Shown in pieces: positions 15,292-24,230 of a stretch of 33,160 nt of DNA. Location: IMG/VR virus record IMGVR_UViG_3300011102_000489, positions 1 through 33,160 of that record, one strand, 5' to 3'. A program made the position numbers and the translations under genes. The stretch is from a virus (Duplodnaviria > Caudoviricetes). Within the stretch, counting starts at the first letter, position 1; each line of letters opens with the position of its first letter. The notes beneath the pieces are model-generated. The model searched no databases. It was not told where the DNA came from and saw only the letters and a list, made by a program, of their open reading frames with translations.

Positions 15292-15798
15292 ATGGCCACC
15301 ACGAAGACCACCAAGCTCGCTCGCTCCGCCAAGACCGGCAAGATCGTATCGAAAGCGGAGGCCAAGGCAAACCCCGACACGACGGTCGTCGAGACCGTCA
15401 AGAAGAAGCCCGGCAAGTTCAAGCTGCCGAAGACCATGGCCGAGTGCGCCGACCTCGCCTACACGCTGCGTGAGGAGCGTTACGCGATCCAGCGGCAGGC
15501 CAAGGAGATCGCCGAGAAGGAAGCGTTGCTGCGCGAGCACATCATCCAGAACCTGCCGAAGTCGCAGGCCAGCGGCGTGAGCGGCAAGGTCGCCAACGCC
15601 AAGGTCGAGGTCGACACCGTTCCGGTGTTCACTGACAAGGCGAAGTTCCTCGCCTACGTCAAGAAGACCGGCGACTTCGACCTGATGACCACTGGCATGA
15701 ACGTCTCCGCGGTCAAGGCGCGCTGGGAGAACAAGAAGAAGGTGCCGGGCATCGGCGAGACCCAGATCGTCAAGCTGTCGCTGACCAAGGTCAAGTGA
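15292..15798 (+). CDS. Basic hypothetical protein of the replication module (168 aa)
   Basis: Strong codon bias, central coiled coil; precedes the SSB-like and polymerase genes. Confidence 0.8.
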   Translation: MATTKTTKLARSAKTGKIVSKAEAKANPDTTVVETVKKKPGKFKLPKTMAECADLAYTLREERYAIQRQAKEIAEKEALLREHIIQNLPKSQASGVSGKVANAKVEVDTVPVFTDKAKFLAYVKKTGDFDLMTTGMNVSAVKARWENKKKVPGIGETQIVKLSLTKVK

Positions 15799-15865
15799 CC
15801 AACCAGACCCCAACCGCCGTGCGCGGCGACGGATGTTCAACTCCAACCTAGCTAGGAACAACACA

Positions 15866-16765
15866 ATGGCAACCACCAAGAAGTCTGCGACGAAGAAGCC
15901 GGTCGCGAGCGACGCCCCGGTGAAGAAGACCGGCACCGACATCGTCAAGTGGGACGAAGAGCTTGCCAAGTACGCCGACCAGTCCGCGGCTGCTGAGGCC
16001 AATGTGGGCACCGGCCTGCAGTGGTTCAGCCTGCGCGCCGGCGTGCTCAGCATCGACGACAACCCGATGCCGAACAACGAGATGGCCGTGATCGTGCTCG
16101 ACCACATCTTCGAGAACACGTTCTACCTCGAGGAGTACGACCCGGACAACCCGACGCCGCCGTCCGCTTACGCCCTGGGCCGCGACGAAGCCGAGCTGCG
16201 CTGGCACGAGGACTCCATCAAGGAGATGGAGACGCCGGACGGCATCGAGAAGATCGCCGGCGAGCTCTGCAAGGACTCGTGGATCAACCAGTGGGGTTCG
16301 GCCGACAAGGGCCGTGGCAAGGCGTGCCGCAACCTGCGTCGCCTGTTGATGATCCCCGCGGGCACGATCAACAAGAAGACTGGCGAGTTTGAGATGATCG
16401 AGGACGAGGAGCACTACGCGACCGTTCGCCCGGCCTTCATGAAGGTGCCGCCCACCAGCACGACCAACTGGTCGAACTACGTGAAGCAGCTCGCCGGCAC
16501 GCTGCGCAAGCCGCCGTTCGTGGTTGCCACCCGCGTCAAGGTGGTGCCCGACCAGAAGAGCCAGTTCAAGGTCACCTTCGAGGCTCTCGAGGAGATGCCG
16601 GAGAAGCTGTTCCCGATCCTGATGAAGCGCCACAAGGAGGCGGAGCAGCTCATCATGCAGCCGTACGACATGAGCGAGCGTGACGAGCCGCGCGAGAGGC
16701 CGCAGCGTGGCCGCAACGCCAAGCCCGCGAGGAGGGCAGCGAAGCGCGGCGGCAAGAAGTACTGA
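15866..16765 (+). CDS. Putative ssDNA-binding/annealing replication protein (299 aa)
   Basis: ATG after AGGA; NQWGSADKGRGKACRNLRRL motif and position upstream of PolA. The function is inferred from context. Confidence 0.55.
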   Translation: MATTKKSATKKPVASDAPVKKTGTDIVKWDEELAKYADQSAAAEANVGTGLQWFSLRAGVLSIDDNPMPNNEMAVIVLDHIFENTFYLEEYDPDNPTPPSAYALGRDEAELRWHEDSIKEMETPDGIEKIAGELCKDSWINQWGSADKGRGKACRNLRRLLMIPAGTINKKTGEFEMIEDEEHYATVRPAFMKVPPTSTTNWSNYVKQLAGTLRKPPFVVATRVKVVPDQKSQFKVTFEALEEMPEKLFPILMKRHKEAEQLIMQPYDMSERDEPRERPQRGRNAKPARRAAKRGGKKY

Positions 16766-16786
16766 GCCGCTAGCTCATGGAGGTTA

Positions 16787-16827
16787 CGCCGGCCCACCTC
16801 TAGCTTCAAGGGCCGGCGCTTTCATTT
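16787..16827 (+). terminator. Probable terminator or attenuator hairpin
   Basis: CGCCGGCCC / GGGCCGGCG 9-bp stem followed by CTTTCATTT. Confidence 0.55.
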
Positions 16828-16840
16828 CAGGATTCGCGAC

Positions 16841-17056
16841 ATGGCTAAGAGAGCAATCACCAACCCCGCGTTGGCAACCTGGGACGGGCTGAACGAGTTC
16901 GTCATGAGCACTGACGACGAGTCGGTGCTGCAGAAGCTGTTGAAGGAGGAACTCAACGGCCGCAAGCGCGCCCAGTTCGTCAAGCGGATCCACAGCCGCA
17001 TCAACAAGCTTCGCGCTGATCGCGAGCGCGCCGAGCTCAAGGAGAAGCTGCAGTGA
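16841..17056 (+). CDS. Hypothetical protein (71 aa)
   Basis: SD AGGA; GTGA coupling to the polymerase. Confidence 0.75.
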   Translation: MAKRAITNPALATWDGLNEFVMSTDDESVLQKLLKEELNGRKRAQFVKRIHSRINKLRADRERAELKEKLQ

Positions 17057-18978
17057 AGATGCCCAGACCAAACACCGTAGACTTCGAGACTCACGGCATT
17101 GACGCGCGTCCGCACTATCCTCCGGTGCCGGTCGGCGTGTCGATCAAGAAGTGGGGCAAGAAGAGCCGCTACTACGCGTGGGGGCATCTCGAAGGGAACA
17201 ACTGCACGTGGGAAGAGGCGCGCGCGGCGTTGGTCGAGGCCTACGACAACCCGGACGGAGTCCTCTTCCAGAACAGCAAGTTCGACGTCGACGTGGCCGA
17301 GGTCCACATGGGCGTACCGGTGCCGGCGTGGGACAAGATCCACGACACGCAGTTCCTGCTGTTTCTTGACGACCCGCATCAGGTCGAGCTGGGGCTGAAG
17401 TCGTCCGCCGAGCGCTTGCTTGGGATTCCGCCCGAAGAGCAGGATGAGGTGGCCGAGTGGCTGATCGCGAACCAACCGATCCCCGGGGTCAAGATCAGCA
17501 AGAGCAAGCAGTCGGAGCACTACTTCGGCCGTTACATCGCCTACGCACCGGCCCAAATCGTCGGCAAGTACGCCAATGGCGACGTCGACAGGACCGAGGC
17601 GATCTTCCGGTTGCTGTGGCCGCGCATCGCCGAGCAGGATATGCTCAAGGCGTACGACCGCGAGCGCCGCCTGATGCCCATCCTGCTCGACATGGAGCGG
17701 ACTGGCGTCGCCTTCGACGTAGAACGCGCAAGAGCTGACCTAGAGCTCTACGAGGACTGGTCCAAGAAGATCGACGCGTGGATCATCAAGAAGATCAAGG
17801 CGCCCTCTGACATCAACCTGGACAGCCCAGACCAGGTCCTGAAGGCGATGCTGGAGTCCGGCATGGCTGACGAGGACCTGTGCCACCGTACGGCGACCGG
17901 TAAGATCAGCGCCAGCAAGGACTCGCTGCTCGCTGGTGTGCGCGACAAGCAACTCCTCGGTGTGATGCGGTACCGCGCCGGGTTGAAGACCTGCTTGAAC
18001 ACGTTCCTCCGCCCGTGGGTCATCGAAGCCACGCGGAGCGGCGGCACGATCAGTACCAACTGGAACCAAGTCAAGTCGCCGGCTGGTGACAGCGCGGTCG
18101 GGACCCGCACGGGCCGGCTGAGTGCATCGCGCTTCATGAACATGCCCAAGGAGTTCAGCCCGATCTTCAAGCACGAAGACCCGGGCAACAAGAAGCTGCC
18201 TGCCTGCCCGATCAAGGGACTGCCGTCTCTTCCGATGATGCGCAAGTACATCATCCCGTTCAAGGGTGAGGTCCTGATCGACCGCGACTACTCGCAGCAG
18301 GAGCCTCGGATCCTCGCCCACTTCGACGGCGGCGACCTGATGGACGCCTACAACGAGAACCCGTGGATCGACTTCCACGACTACGCGAAGAAAGAGCTGG
18401 AGCAGTTCGGCCTGTTCTACGATCGCAAGCCCGTGAAGAACACCAACCTCGGCCTGATCTATGGCATGGGAGCTCCGAAACTCGCGGTCAAGAACGACAT
18501 GTCCGTGCAGGAAGCCGACACCTTGAAGAAGGCGATCCTCAAGCTGTACCCCGGCCTTGCCGAAATGTACAAGGACATGAAGCGACGCGCCAAGGCGCAT
18601 GAGCCGGTCCGTACGTGGGGCGGCCGTGTCTACTACTGCGAGCCGCCGCGCGTGGTCGACGGTCGCCTCCGCCACTTCGACTACAAGCTCGTCAACGTGC
18701 TGATTCAGGGCAGCGCCGCGGACTGCACTAAGGAGGCGATCATCCGCTTCGACGACCGCAAGCGCGAGCTTGGCAAGACCGACTGGAAGCTGATCCTCAG
18801 TGTCCATGACCAGTTGACCGCCTCCGTACCGAAGCGCGACAAGGACGCCGCCATGGAGCTGCTGCGCGAGTGCATGGAGTCCGTCGAGTTCGACGTGCCG
18901 ATGCTCAGCGAGGGTGCGGTATCCGAGACGAACTGGAACGACCTCATCGACTACGACAAGAAGGGAGTGAAGCTCTAA
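17053..18978 (+). CDS. polA: DNA polymerase family A (3'-5' exonuclease plus polymerase; no 5' nuclease)
   Basis: ExoI VDFET, ExoII QNSKFD, ExoIII YANGD; TGRLS; motif A DYSQQEPR, motif B RKPVKNTNLGLIYG, motif C VHDQ. Confidence 0.97.
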   Translation: MKMPRPNTVDFETHGIDARPHYPPVPVGVSIKKWGKKSRYYAWGHLEGNNCTWEEARAALVEAYDNPDGVLFQNSKFDVDVAEVHMGVPVPAWDKIHDTQFLLFLDDPHQVELGLKSSAERLLGIPPEEQDEVAEWLIANQPIPGVKISKSKQSEHYFGRYIAYAPAQIVGKYANGDVDRTEAIFRLLWPRIAEQDMLKAYDRERRLMPILLDMERTGVAFDVERARADLELYEDWSKKIDAWIIKKIKAPSDINLDSPDQVLKAMLESGMADEDLCHRTATGKISASKDSLLAGVRDKQLLGVMRYRAGLKTCLNTFLRPWVIEATRSGGTISTNWNQVKSPAGDSAVGTRTGRLSASRFMNMPKEFSPIFKHEDPGNKKLPACPIKGLPSLPMMRKYIIPFKGEVLIDRDYSQQEPRILAHFDGGDLMDAYNENPWIDFHDYAKKELEQFGLFYDRKPVKNTNLGLIYGMGAPKLAVKNDMSVQEADTLKKAILKLYPGLAEMYKDMKRRAKAHEPVRTWGGRVYYCEPPRVVDGRLRHFDYKLVNVLIQGSAADCTKEAIIRFDDRKRELGKTDWKLILSVHDQLTASVPKRDKDAAMELLRECMESVEFDVPMLSEGAVSETNWNDLIDYDKKGVKL

Positions 18979-19829
18979 TGGCCACCCGCAAGCCGAATGG
19001 TGTCGGCTTCGCCAGCCTTGCTGGCAAGAAGCCCGCGAAGAAGGCCGCCGTCAAGGGGCAGATCAAATACTGGTCGTTCAGCCTGTACAACACCCACAAG
19101 CAGTGCCCGCTCAAGGCAAAGCTCAACGCTGTCGACAAGATCAAGGAGCCGGGCAACGACGCGACGCAGCGCGGCATCGACGTCCACAAGCTCTGCGAGG
19201 ACTACATCAAGGGCCTGATCACGCTGGCGCAGCTCAAGTCCGGCGCAAAGACCGTCAAGAAGCGGCCGTGGGACCCGACCGATACGCTGCCGGAGTTGAA
19301 CCGCTTGCGCAAGATCTACGCCAACCGCAAGAAGCTGCAGGCCAAGGCGATGCAGCCGGCGGTCGAGGACACGTGGGCCTTCACCAGCTCGTGGGACGAG
19401 ACCGTCTGGAACGACTGGGCGAACTGCTGGGTGCGCATCAAGCTCGACGTCGGCGAGTTCTTCGAGGAGAAGGGCAAGATCATCTACGTCCCCACCGACT
19501 GGAAGACCGGCCAGGTGTACGACGACAAGCAGGAGGAATACATCGAGCAGCTCGAGCTCTACGCGCTGGCGGCGATGCTCATCCACCCGCATGTCGACGA
19601 GGTTCGGCCGCGCCTCGTGTACGTCGATCAAGGCGTGGTGTTTCCGGATCCGGACGAGCCGTTGTCGTTCAAGCGCAGCGATGTCGACTCGCTCAAGAAG
19701 CTCTGGGAGAAGCGGACCCGACCGATGCTCAACGACAAGACGTTCCCGCCGCGGCCTGGCCAGTATTGCCGGTACTGCTTCTACCGGAAGGGCAACGCGG
19801 CCAACGGAGGTGGCCAATGCGAGTACTGA
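18978..19829 (+). CDS. PD-(D/E)XK (RecB/Cas4-like) exonuclease
   Basis: WSFS...QCP, RGIDVH, KLD...TDWKTG, QLELYA, CRYC...C. TAATG coupling with the polymerase. Confidence 0.88.
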   Translation: MATRKPNGVGFASLAGKKPAKKAAVKGQIKYWSFSLYNTHKQCPLKAKLNAVDKIKEPGNDATQRGIDVHKLCEDYIKGLITLAQLKSGAKTVKKRPWDPTDTLPELNRLRKIYANRKKLQAKAMQPAVEDTWAFTSSWDETVWNDWANCWVRIKLDVGEFFEEKGKIIYVPTDWKTGQVYDDKQEEYIEQLELYALAAMLIHPHVDEVRPRLVYVDQGVVFPDPDEPLSFKRSDVDSLKKLWEKRTRPMLNDKTFPPRPGQYCRYCFYRKGNAANGGGQCEY

Positions 19830-20044
19830 AGACCACCGTCAAGTTGCGGCCGCAACAGCATCCAGCCGGGCCGAGCAAGAGTTGGTTCAGCGGCTGGGTG
19901 CACAGCCATGACCACCGCGTCGTCAAGACCTCACCGTCGCTTCAGAGGTTTGAGGGAAGGCAGCTCAGCGAGTTGATCCACTGGGCTCACTGCCGCGGCG
20001 GCGAGAAGGCGGTCAAGAGTGAATTCGTCGATGCGAATCCTTGA
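19817..20044 (+). CDS. Hypothetical protein (75 aa)
   Basis: ATG after GGAGGT; fills the gap between the nuclease genes. Confidence 0.6.
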   Translation: MRVLKTTVKLRPQQHPAGPSKSWFSGWVHSHDHRVVKTSPSLQRFEGRQLSELIHWAHCRGGEKAVKSEFVDANP

Positions 20045-20444
20045 GACCGACATCGAGGAGTGGGTCGTCAAAGAGGCGGAAGCCATCGGCATCCCCTCTT
20101 TAAAGCTCAACCTCAAGGGCAATCGTGGCTGGCCTGACCGGATCTTCTTGATCGCCGGCGGCCGGCCATTGTTCATTGAGTTCAAGCGGCCCGGGGAAGA
20201 GCCACGTAAGCTGCAACTGCAGCGCCACCGCATCCTGAGGAAACTAGGCTATGAGATCCAAGTCCATGACACCCGTGAAGAAGCTCTCGCGGGCCTCAAA
20301 GCAGCCCAAGCACGTGGAGGGCGAGGTGCTGCCTCCGCTGGTCATTCCGCAGAAGTGGAACCCGCACGCCTACATGAAGAAGGCCGTCAAGTTCCTGCTC
20401 GAGCACGCGTGCGCCGCGCTGTTCCTCGATCCAGGACTCGGTAA
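20031..20444 (+). CDS. VRR-NUC domain endonuclease
   Basis: LETDIE...GWPDRIF...FIEFKRPG...LQ motif set. Confidence 0.88.
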   Translation: MRILETDIEEWVVKEAEAIGIPSLKLNLKGNRGWPDRIFLIAGGRPLFIEFKRPGEEPRKLQLQRHRILRKLGYEIQVHDTREEALAGLKAAQARGGRGAASAGHSAEVEPARLHEEGRQVPARARVRRAVPRSRTR

Positions 20445-21804
20445 GACCAGCATCACGCTGGCGGCCCTGTTGATGCTGTTCAAGCGCAAGCTCATCAGCA
20501 AGGTGCTGATCGTCGCGCCGCTCCGCGTGGCGGGCTCGACCTGGCCGCGTGAGATCGAGAAGTGGATCGACTTTCGAGGCCTTCGCTACGTCGTCCTGCA
20601 TGGGCCGAAGAAGGACAAGCTGCTCCACGAGGAAGCAGACATCTACATCATCAACTTCGAAGGCCTTGAGTGGCTGCTCGACGTCACCAAGACGAAGAAC
20701 GCGAAGGGCAAGACTCAGGTCCACGTCGACGTCAAGCGATTCAAGAAGCTGGGGTTCGACGTGCTCGTGGTCGACGAGCTCAGCAAGCTGAAGAACACCC
20801 AGACCGTGCGCTTCAAGGCGCTGAAGCTGGTGCTCCACACGTTCGGCCGGCGCTGGGGCCTGACCGGCTCGCCCGCCGCGAACGGGCTGCTCGACCTGTT
20901 CGGCCAGGCCTACGTGCTGGACATGGGCAACGCGCTCGGCCAGTACATCACGCACTATCGCATGGAGTACTTCGTGCCGAGTCACGACGGGTACAGCTGG
21001 GACCTGGCCGAGGGCAGCGAGGAGCGGATCTACAAGGCCCTGTCGCCACTGGTCCTACGCATGGCGGCGCGCGACTACCTCGACCTGCCTCAGGAGATCC
21101 CCAACAACATCTTCGTCGACCTGCCGCCCGAGGCCCGCAAGGTGTACGACGAGCTGGAGGACGAGCTCATCGCCGCGTTGGAGCAGGGCGAGGTCGTGGC
21201 GGCCAACTCCGCCGTGGCCAGCGGCAAGTGCCGGCAGGTCGCGAGCGGCGGAGTCTACCTCACGCCTGACGTGACCGAGCTCATCAAGAAGAAGTCGAAC
21301 CGCGAGTATGTCCACTTGCACCACGCGAAGACCGATGCGTTGGTCGACCTGATCGAGGAGCTGCAGGGCAGCCCCATCCTCGTGGCCTACGACTTCGCCC
21401 ACGACCTCGAGAGGATCAGGGAGAAGTTGGGCGCAGACGTACCGTACATCGGCGGCGGGGTCTCTCTAAAGCGCTCCAAGGAGCTCGAGCGCCAGTGGAA
21501 CGACGGCAAGCTGCCGTACCTGTTCGCCCACCCCACGTCGATCGCCCACGGGCTGAACCTGCAGGAGGCCGGCCACCACGTGGCGTGGTACACCTTGACG
21601 TGGAACTACGAGGAGTATGACCAGTTCGTCAAGCGGGTGCTGCGGCAGGGCAACAAGAGCAAGCGGGTCTTCGTCCACCATTTCCTGGCCCGCGACACGA
21701 TCGACGAGCATGCGGTCCTGCCAGCCCTGCAGCGGAAGCGGCGTGGCCAGAACGCCTTGTTCGACGGGCTGAAGGAGCTACAGCGTCGTCGGCGTGGTAG
21801 GTAG
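20326..21804 (+). CDS. SNF2-family (SF2) helicase
   Basis: LDPGLGKT, VVDELS, LTGSP, HGLNLQ, QFVKRVLRQG. Start uncertain: GTG 20326 has SD GGAGG; alternatives are 20251 and 20266. Confidence 0.92.
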   Translation: MLPPLVIPQKWNPHAYMKKAVKFLLEHACAALFLDPGLGKTSITLAALLMLFKRKLISKVLIVAPLRVAGSTWPREIEKWIDFRGLRYVVLHGPKKDKLLHEEADIYIINFEGLEWLLDVTKTKNAKGKTQVHVDVKRFKKLGFDVLVVDELSKLKNTQTVRFKALKLVLHTFGRRWGLTGSPAANGLLDLFGQAYVLDMGNALGQYITHYRMEYFVPSHDGYSWDLAEGSEERIYKALSPLVLRMAARDYLDLPQEIPNNIFVDLPPEARKVYDELEDELIAALEQGEVVAANSAVASGKCRQVASGGVYLTPDVTELIKKKSNREYVHLHHAKTDALVDLIEELQGSPILVAYDFAHDLERIREKLGADVPYIGGGVSLKRSKELERQWNDGKLPYLFAHPTSIAHGLNLQEAGHHVAWYTLTWNYEEYDQFVKRVLRQGNKSKRVFVHHFLARDTIDEHAVLPALQRKRRGQNALFDGLKELQRRRRGR

Positions 21805-21859
21805 TCACACCTGAGACTGACCGCTGAAGATTAACGGAAGTTAAACGATCAGTGTGAAG

Positions 21860-21901
21860 TTGTAATTACCTGGTTACAAGTCGGTGCGATCACACTAGAA
21901 T
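21860..21901 (+). promoter_or_regulatory. Sigma70-like promoter with perfect dyad operator
   Basis: TTGTAA-N8-TTACAA; GTTACA-N17-TAGAAT; leader hairpin followed by TGCTGAGGAG. Confidence 0.7.
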
Positions 21902-21944
21902 GGACTCACGGTCGAGCTACGACCGCACTGCTGAGGAGACCGCT

Positions 21945-22208
21945 GTGAAGACCGCCATGATCGAAGACGTGCTCGCGAACGCGTACAACAACTGGCCGGA
22001 GAAGCCGACGAAGACGATCGTCTACCCGCAAGCGACGCTACAGTCGCGCTCGTGGAGCTCGCTCGAGCAGGCTGGGTATACCGTCATCTCGCTCGACTGC
22101 ATCGCGCCGGCGGAGCTGAAGCGGGCGATGGAGTGGTACGAGAAGAACACGGACTGGTCCGCGTTTGAGCGCAAGGATTGGCAAGCTGCTATGGAGTCTC
22201 TGTCGTGA
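21945..22208 (+). CDS. Hypothetical protein (87 aa)
   Basis: GTG after GCTGAGGAG. Confidence 0.7.
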   Translation: MKTAMIEDVLANAYNNWPEKPTKTIVYPQATLQSRSWSSLEQAGYTVISLDCIAPAELKRAMEWYEKNTDWSAFERKDWQAAMESLS

Positions 22209-22303
22209 AAACTGAAGCTCGCCGCAAGCTCACGTACGCGCTCGCCATCGTTGACTTGATCGTCGTAACGTGGGCACTCCACTCGATCGTCAACGCTCTG
22301 TGA
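22205..22303 (+). CDS. 32-aa membrane peptide
   Basis: GTGA overlap, SD GGAG; MKTEARRKLTYALAIVDLIVVTWALHSIVNAL*. Confidence 0.55.
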   Translation: MKTEARRKLTYALAIVDLIVVTWALHSIVNAL

Positions 22304-22317
22304 GTTAAAACCGCACA

Positions 22318-22346
22318 TTTACGCGCGGTACGTCGTGCCGTACTAT
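22318..22346 (+). promoter_or_regulatory. Sigma70-like promoter
   Basis: TTTACG-N17-TACTAT, followed by a leader hairpin and TTTGCTGAGGA RBS. Confidence 0.6.
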
Positions 22347-22415
22347 CAACATAGTACGACGCGTCGTGTCGTGCTATCAACCACGCTGCACAAGACCTTT
22401 GCTGAGGAAACCACT

Positions 22416-23063
22416 ATGAAGACCGTGATCAAGGGCGGTGATGCCGTCAAGACCGTTGCTCGCCGTGACTCCGCCACCGCGATCCTGCGCAAGCTCGGGA
22501 TCAAGTCCAGCGACTACAACTTGTTCATCATGCAGACCGCCGACGGCCGCTACGCGGTGGCCGAGGACAAGGCGCAGGAATACTTGCAGGCACAGCTCCG
22601 CAAGGTCGCCAACGAAGAGGTGCCGCAGAAGCAGCTCAAGGGCCGCACCAAGAAGGAGGCGGACAGCAACCAGATCAAGCGGCCGTCCGTCGCGGGCGTG
22701 ATCCGCAAGCTCATCCTCGACGGCCTCGACAACAAGGCGATCCACGAGATCATGAAGCGCGACTTCGGCCACGACGAGGACAAGGCACACTACCCCGCGT
22801 GGTATCGCTCGCAGATGCGCCGCGAGGGCTTGATCGAGCGTCCGACCAAGGCGGCGAAGTCCGAGCTGAAGAAGCACGTCGCCAACCCCGCCGTCAAGGA
22901 GAAGAAGGCCAAGGTCAAGAAGATCAAGGCCTCGAAGAAGCGCGTCGTCAAGCGCAAGACCGCGCTGGCGCAGCACAACATCAAAGCGACGCTCGCCGCG
23001 TCGCTGAAGACCGGCCACACCGAAGAGGCGGTGGCTCCCTACTCCCACATTCAGGTGAAGTGA
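22416..23063 (+). CDS. Basic putative DNA-binding protein (215 aa)
   Basis: Helical domain VIRKLILDG...DFG...YPAWYRSQMRREG plus Lys-rich tail; paralogous to the C-terminus of 23419-24156. Confidence 0.75.
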   Translation: MKTVIKGGDAVKTVARRDSATAILRKLGIKSSDYNLFIMQTADGRYAVAEDKAQEYLQAQLRKVANEEVPQKQLKGRTKKEADSNQIKRPSVAGVIRKLILDGLDNKAIHEIMKRDFGHDEDKAHYPAWYRSQMRREGLIERPTKAAKSELKKHVANPAVKEKKAKVKKIKASKKRVVKRKTALAQHNIKATLAASLKTGHTEEAVAPYSHIQVK

Positions 23064-23236
23064 TGCTCATCGAAGTCAGCTACAGGAACGGCCACAAGGA
23101 GCGTCGCATCTGCGGCGACCACGACACGCTGGTCTCCGTCGTCGAGAAGTGCGAGGCCGACAACCAGTCGAAGATCCGGACCATCAGGGTGATCAAGCGC
23201 AGTGAGCATTCGCATCGAGGAAACGACGAAGGGTGA
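23063..23236 (+). CDS. Hypothetical protein (57 aa)
   Basis: TGATG coupling; MLIEVSYRNGHKERRICG... Confidence 0.6.
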   Translation: MLIEVSYRNGHKERRICGDHDTLVSVVEKCEADNQSKIRTIRVIKRSEHSHRGNDEG

Positions 23237-23654
23237 CGTCGAGCAGTACACCTTGCACGTGAACGACTTCCCAGCCGCGCACGTGCAGGTGCTGCCCCAC
23301 GGGGTCGTCCTGAACTGGGCCGTGTACGGTCCGCTAAACTGGCCTGAGGCCAAGCTCATGCTCGAGGGTCTTCTTGAGCTCGGGCTGTTGGCCGACAAAC
23401 TGACGCTGAGGAGTCCACATGAAAAAGTCCGCCGCCAAAAAGCCCGCCAAAAAGTCGTCCGCGAAGACGACGAAGATGACGCGCCACACGCTCCCCTCGA
23501 CATCCGCTACGGCCGCCACAACCGCGGCGCCGACCAAGGCCGCCCCGGCGCCGAGGCAGCCCGTAGCTCAGGTGTGCTGCGACCGCAACCGGCGGACGTG
23601 TATCCTGCTGGAAAGAAGCGAGTCGTGCGTAAAGTACGTCGCGCTCGACGTTGA
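23202..23654 (+). CDS. Hypothetical protein (3' part overlaps the next gene)
   Basis: The first ~70 codons have good codon bias and fill an otherwise empty gap; SD is weak. Confidence 0.5.
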   Translation: MSIRIEETTKGDVEQYTLHVNDFPAAHVQVLPHGVVLNWAVYGPLNWPEAKLMLEGLLELGLLADKLTLRSPHEKVRRQKARQKVVREDDEDDAPHAPLDIRYGRHNRGADQGRPGAEAARSSGVLRPQPADVYPAGKKRVVRKVRRARR

Positions 23655-24156
23655 GAACGGGCTCGACGTCACCAGCGCAGACCCCCGAGATTTCGACCGC
23701 GACTATAGGCCGATGGTCGACTACCCTGTCGAGCGAGCCGCCAAGCTGTACGTCGAGTACAGCCGCGGCCTCGGCGCCACCGAGCAGGTCATGCGCATGC
23801 TGGCCAAGCTCACCACCGTCAGCAACGAGGACATTGAAATGGCAACGAAGAAGAAGGCTGCCCGCGCGGCAGCGCCGGTTAAGACCGCCAAGAAGGCGAC
23901 CGCCGAGAAGCCGGCGAAGACGGCCAAGGGCAAGGCCGGCAAGGCGCCGGCCGAGAAGAAGGAGCGCACGCCGCGCGGCCCGACCGCCGCCTCGCGCTTC
24001 CAGGAGCTGATCATGGAGGGCAAGAAGACCGACGACCAGATCTTCGCCATCGTGCAGAAGGAATTCGGCCTGGACGACTCCAAGCGCTCCTACGTCAAGT
24101 GGTACCGCAACTACCTGACCAAGCAGGGCAAGAACCCGCCGGCGCCGAAGGAGTAA
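23419..24156 (+). CDS. Lys/Ala-rich putative DNA-binding protein (245 aa)
   Basis: RBS GCTGAGGAG; histone-like linkers; C-terminal FQELIMEG...EFG...YVKWYRNYLTKQG domain. Confidence 0.8.
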   Translation: MKKSAAKKPAKKSSAKTTKMTRHTLPSTSATAATTAAPTKAAPAPRQPVAQVCCDRNRRTCILLERSESCVKYVALDVENGLDVTSADPRDFDRDYRPMVDYPVERAAKLYVEYSRGLGATEQVMRMLAKLTTVSNEDIEMATKKKAARAAAPVKTAKKATAEKPAKTAKGKAGKAPAEKKERTPRGPTAASRFQELIMEGKKTDDQIFAIVQKEFGLDDSKRSYVKWYRNYLTKQGKNPPAPKE

Positions 24157-24230
24157 GTGCCGGCAGGTCAGCGCTTCCCGGCGGCCTGCGCTCGTAGGCC
24201 GCCTTCAACCCCGAATTCTGGAGAACAGCA

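Noticed and set aside
18978-19829. Cas4-like nuclease as evidence of a CRISPR-Cas system
   Set aside because: This is a solo PD-(D/E)XK nuclease, common in phage replication modules; no array or other cas genes are present.
24180-24203. GC hairpin upstream of the methyltransferase as a terminator
   Set aside because: The stem is real but has no U tract; it may be a stability or processing element, and the support is too weak to call.
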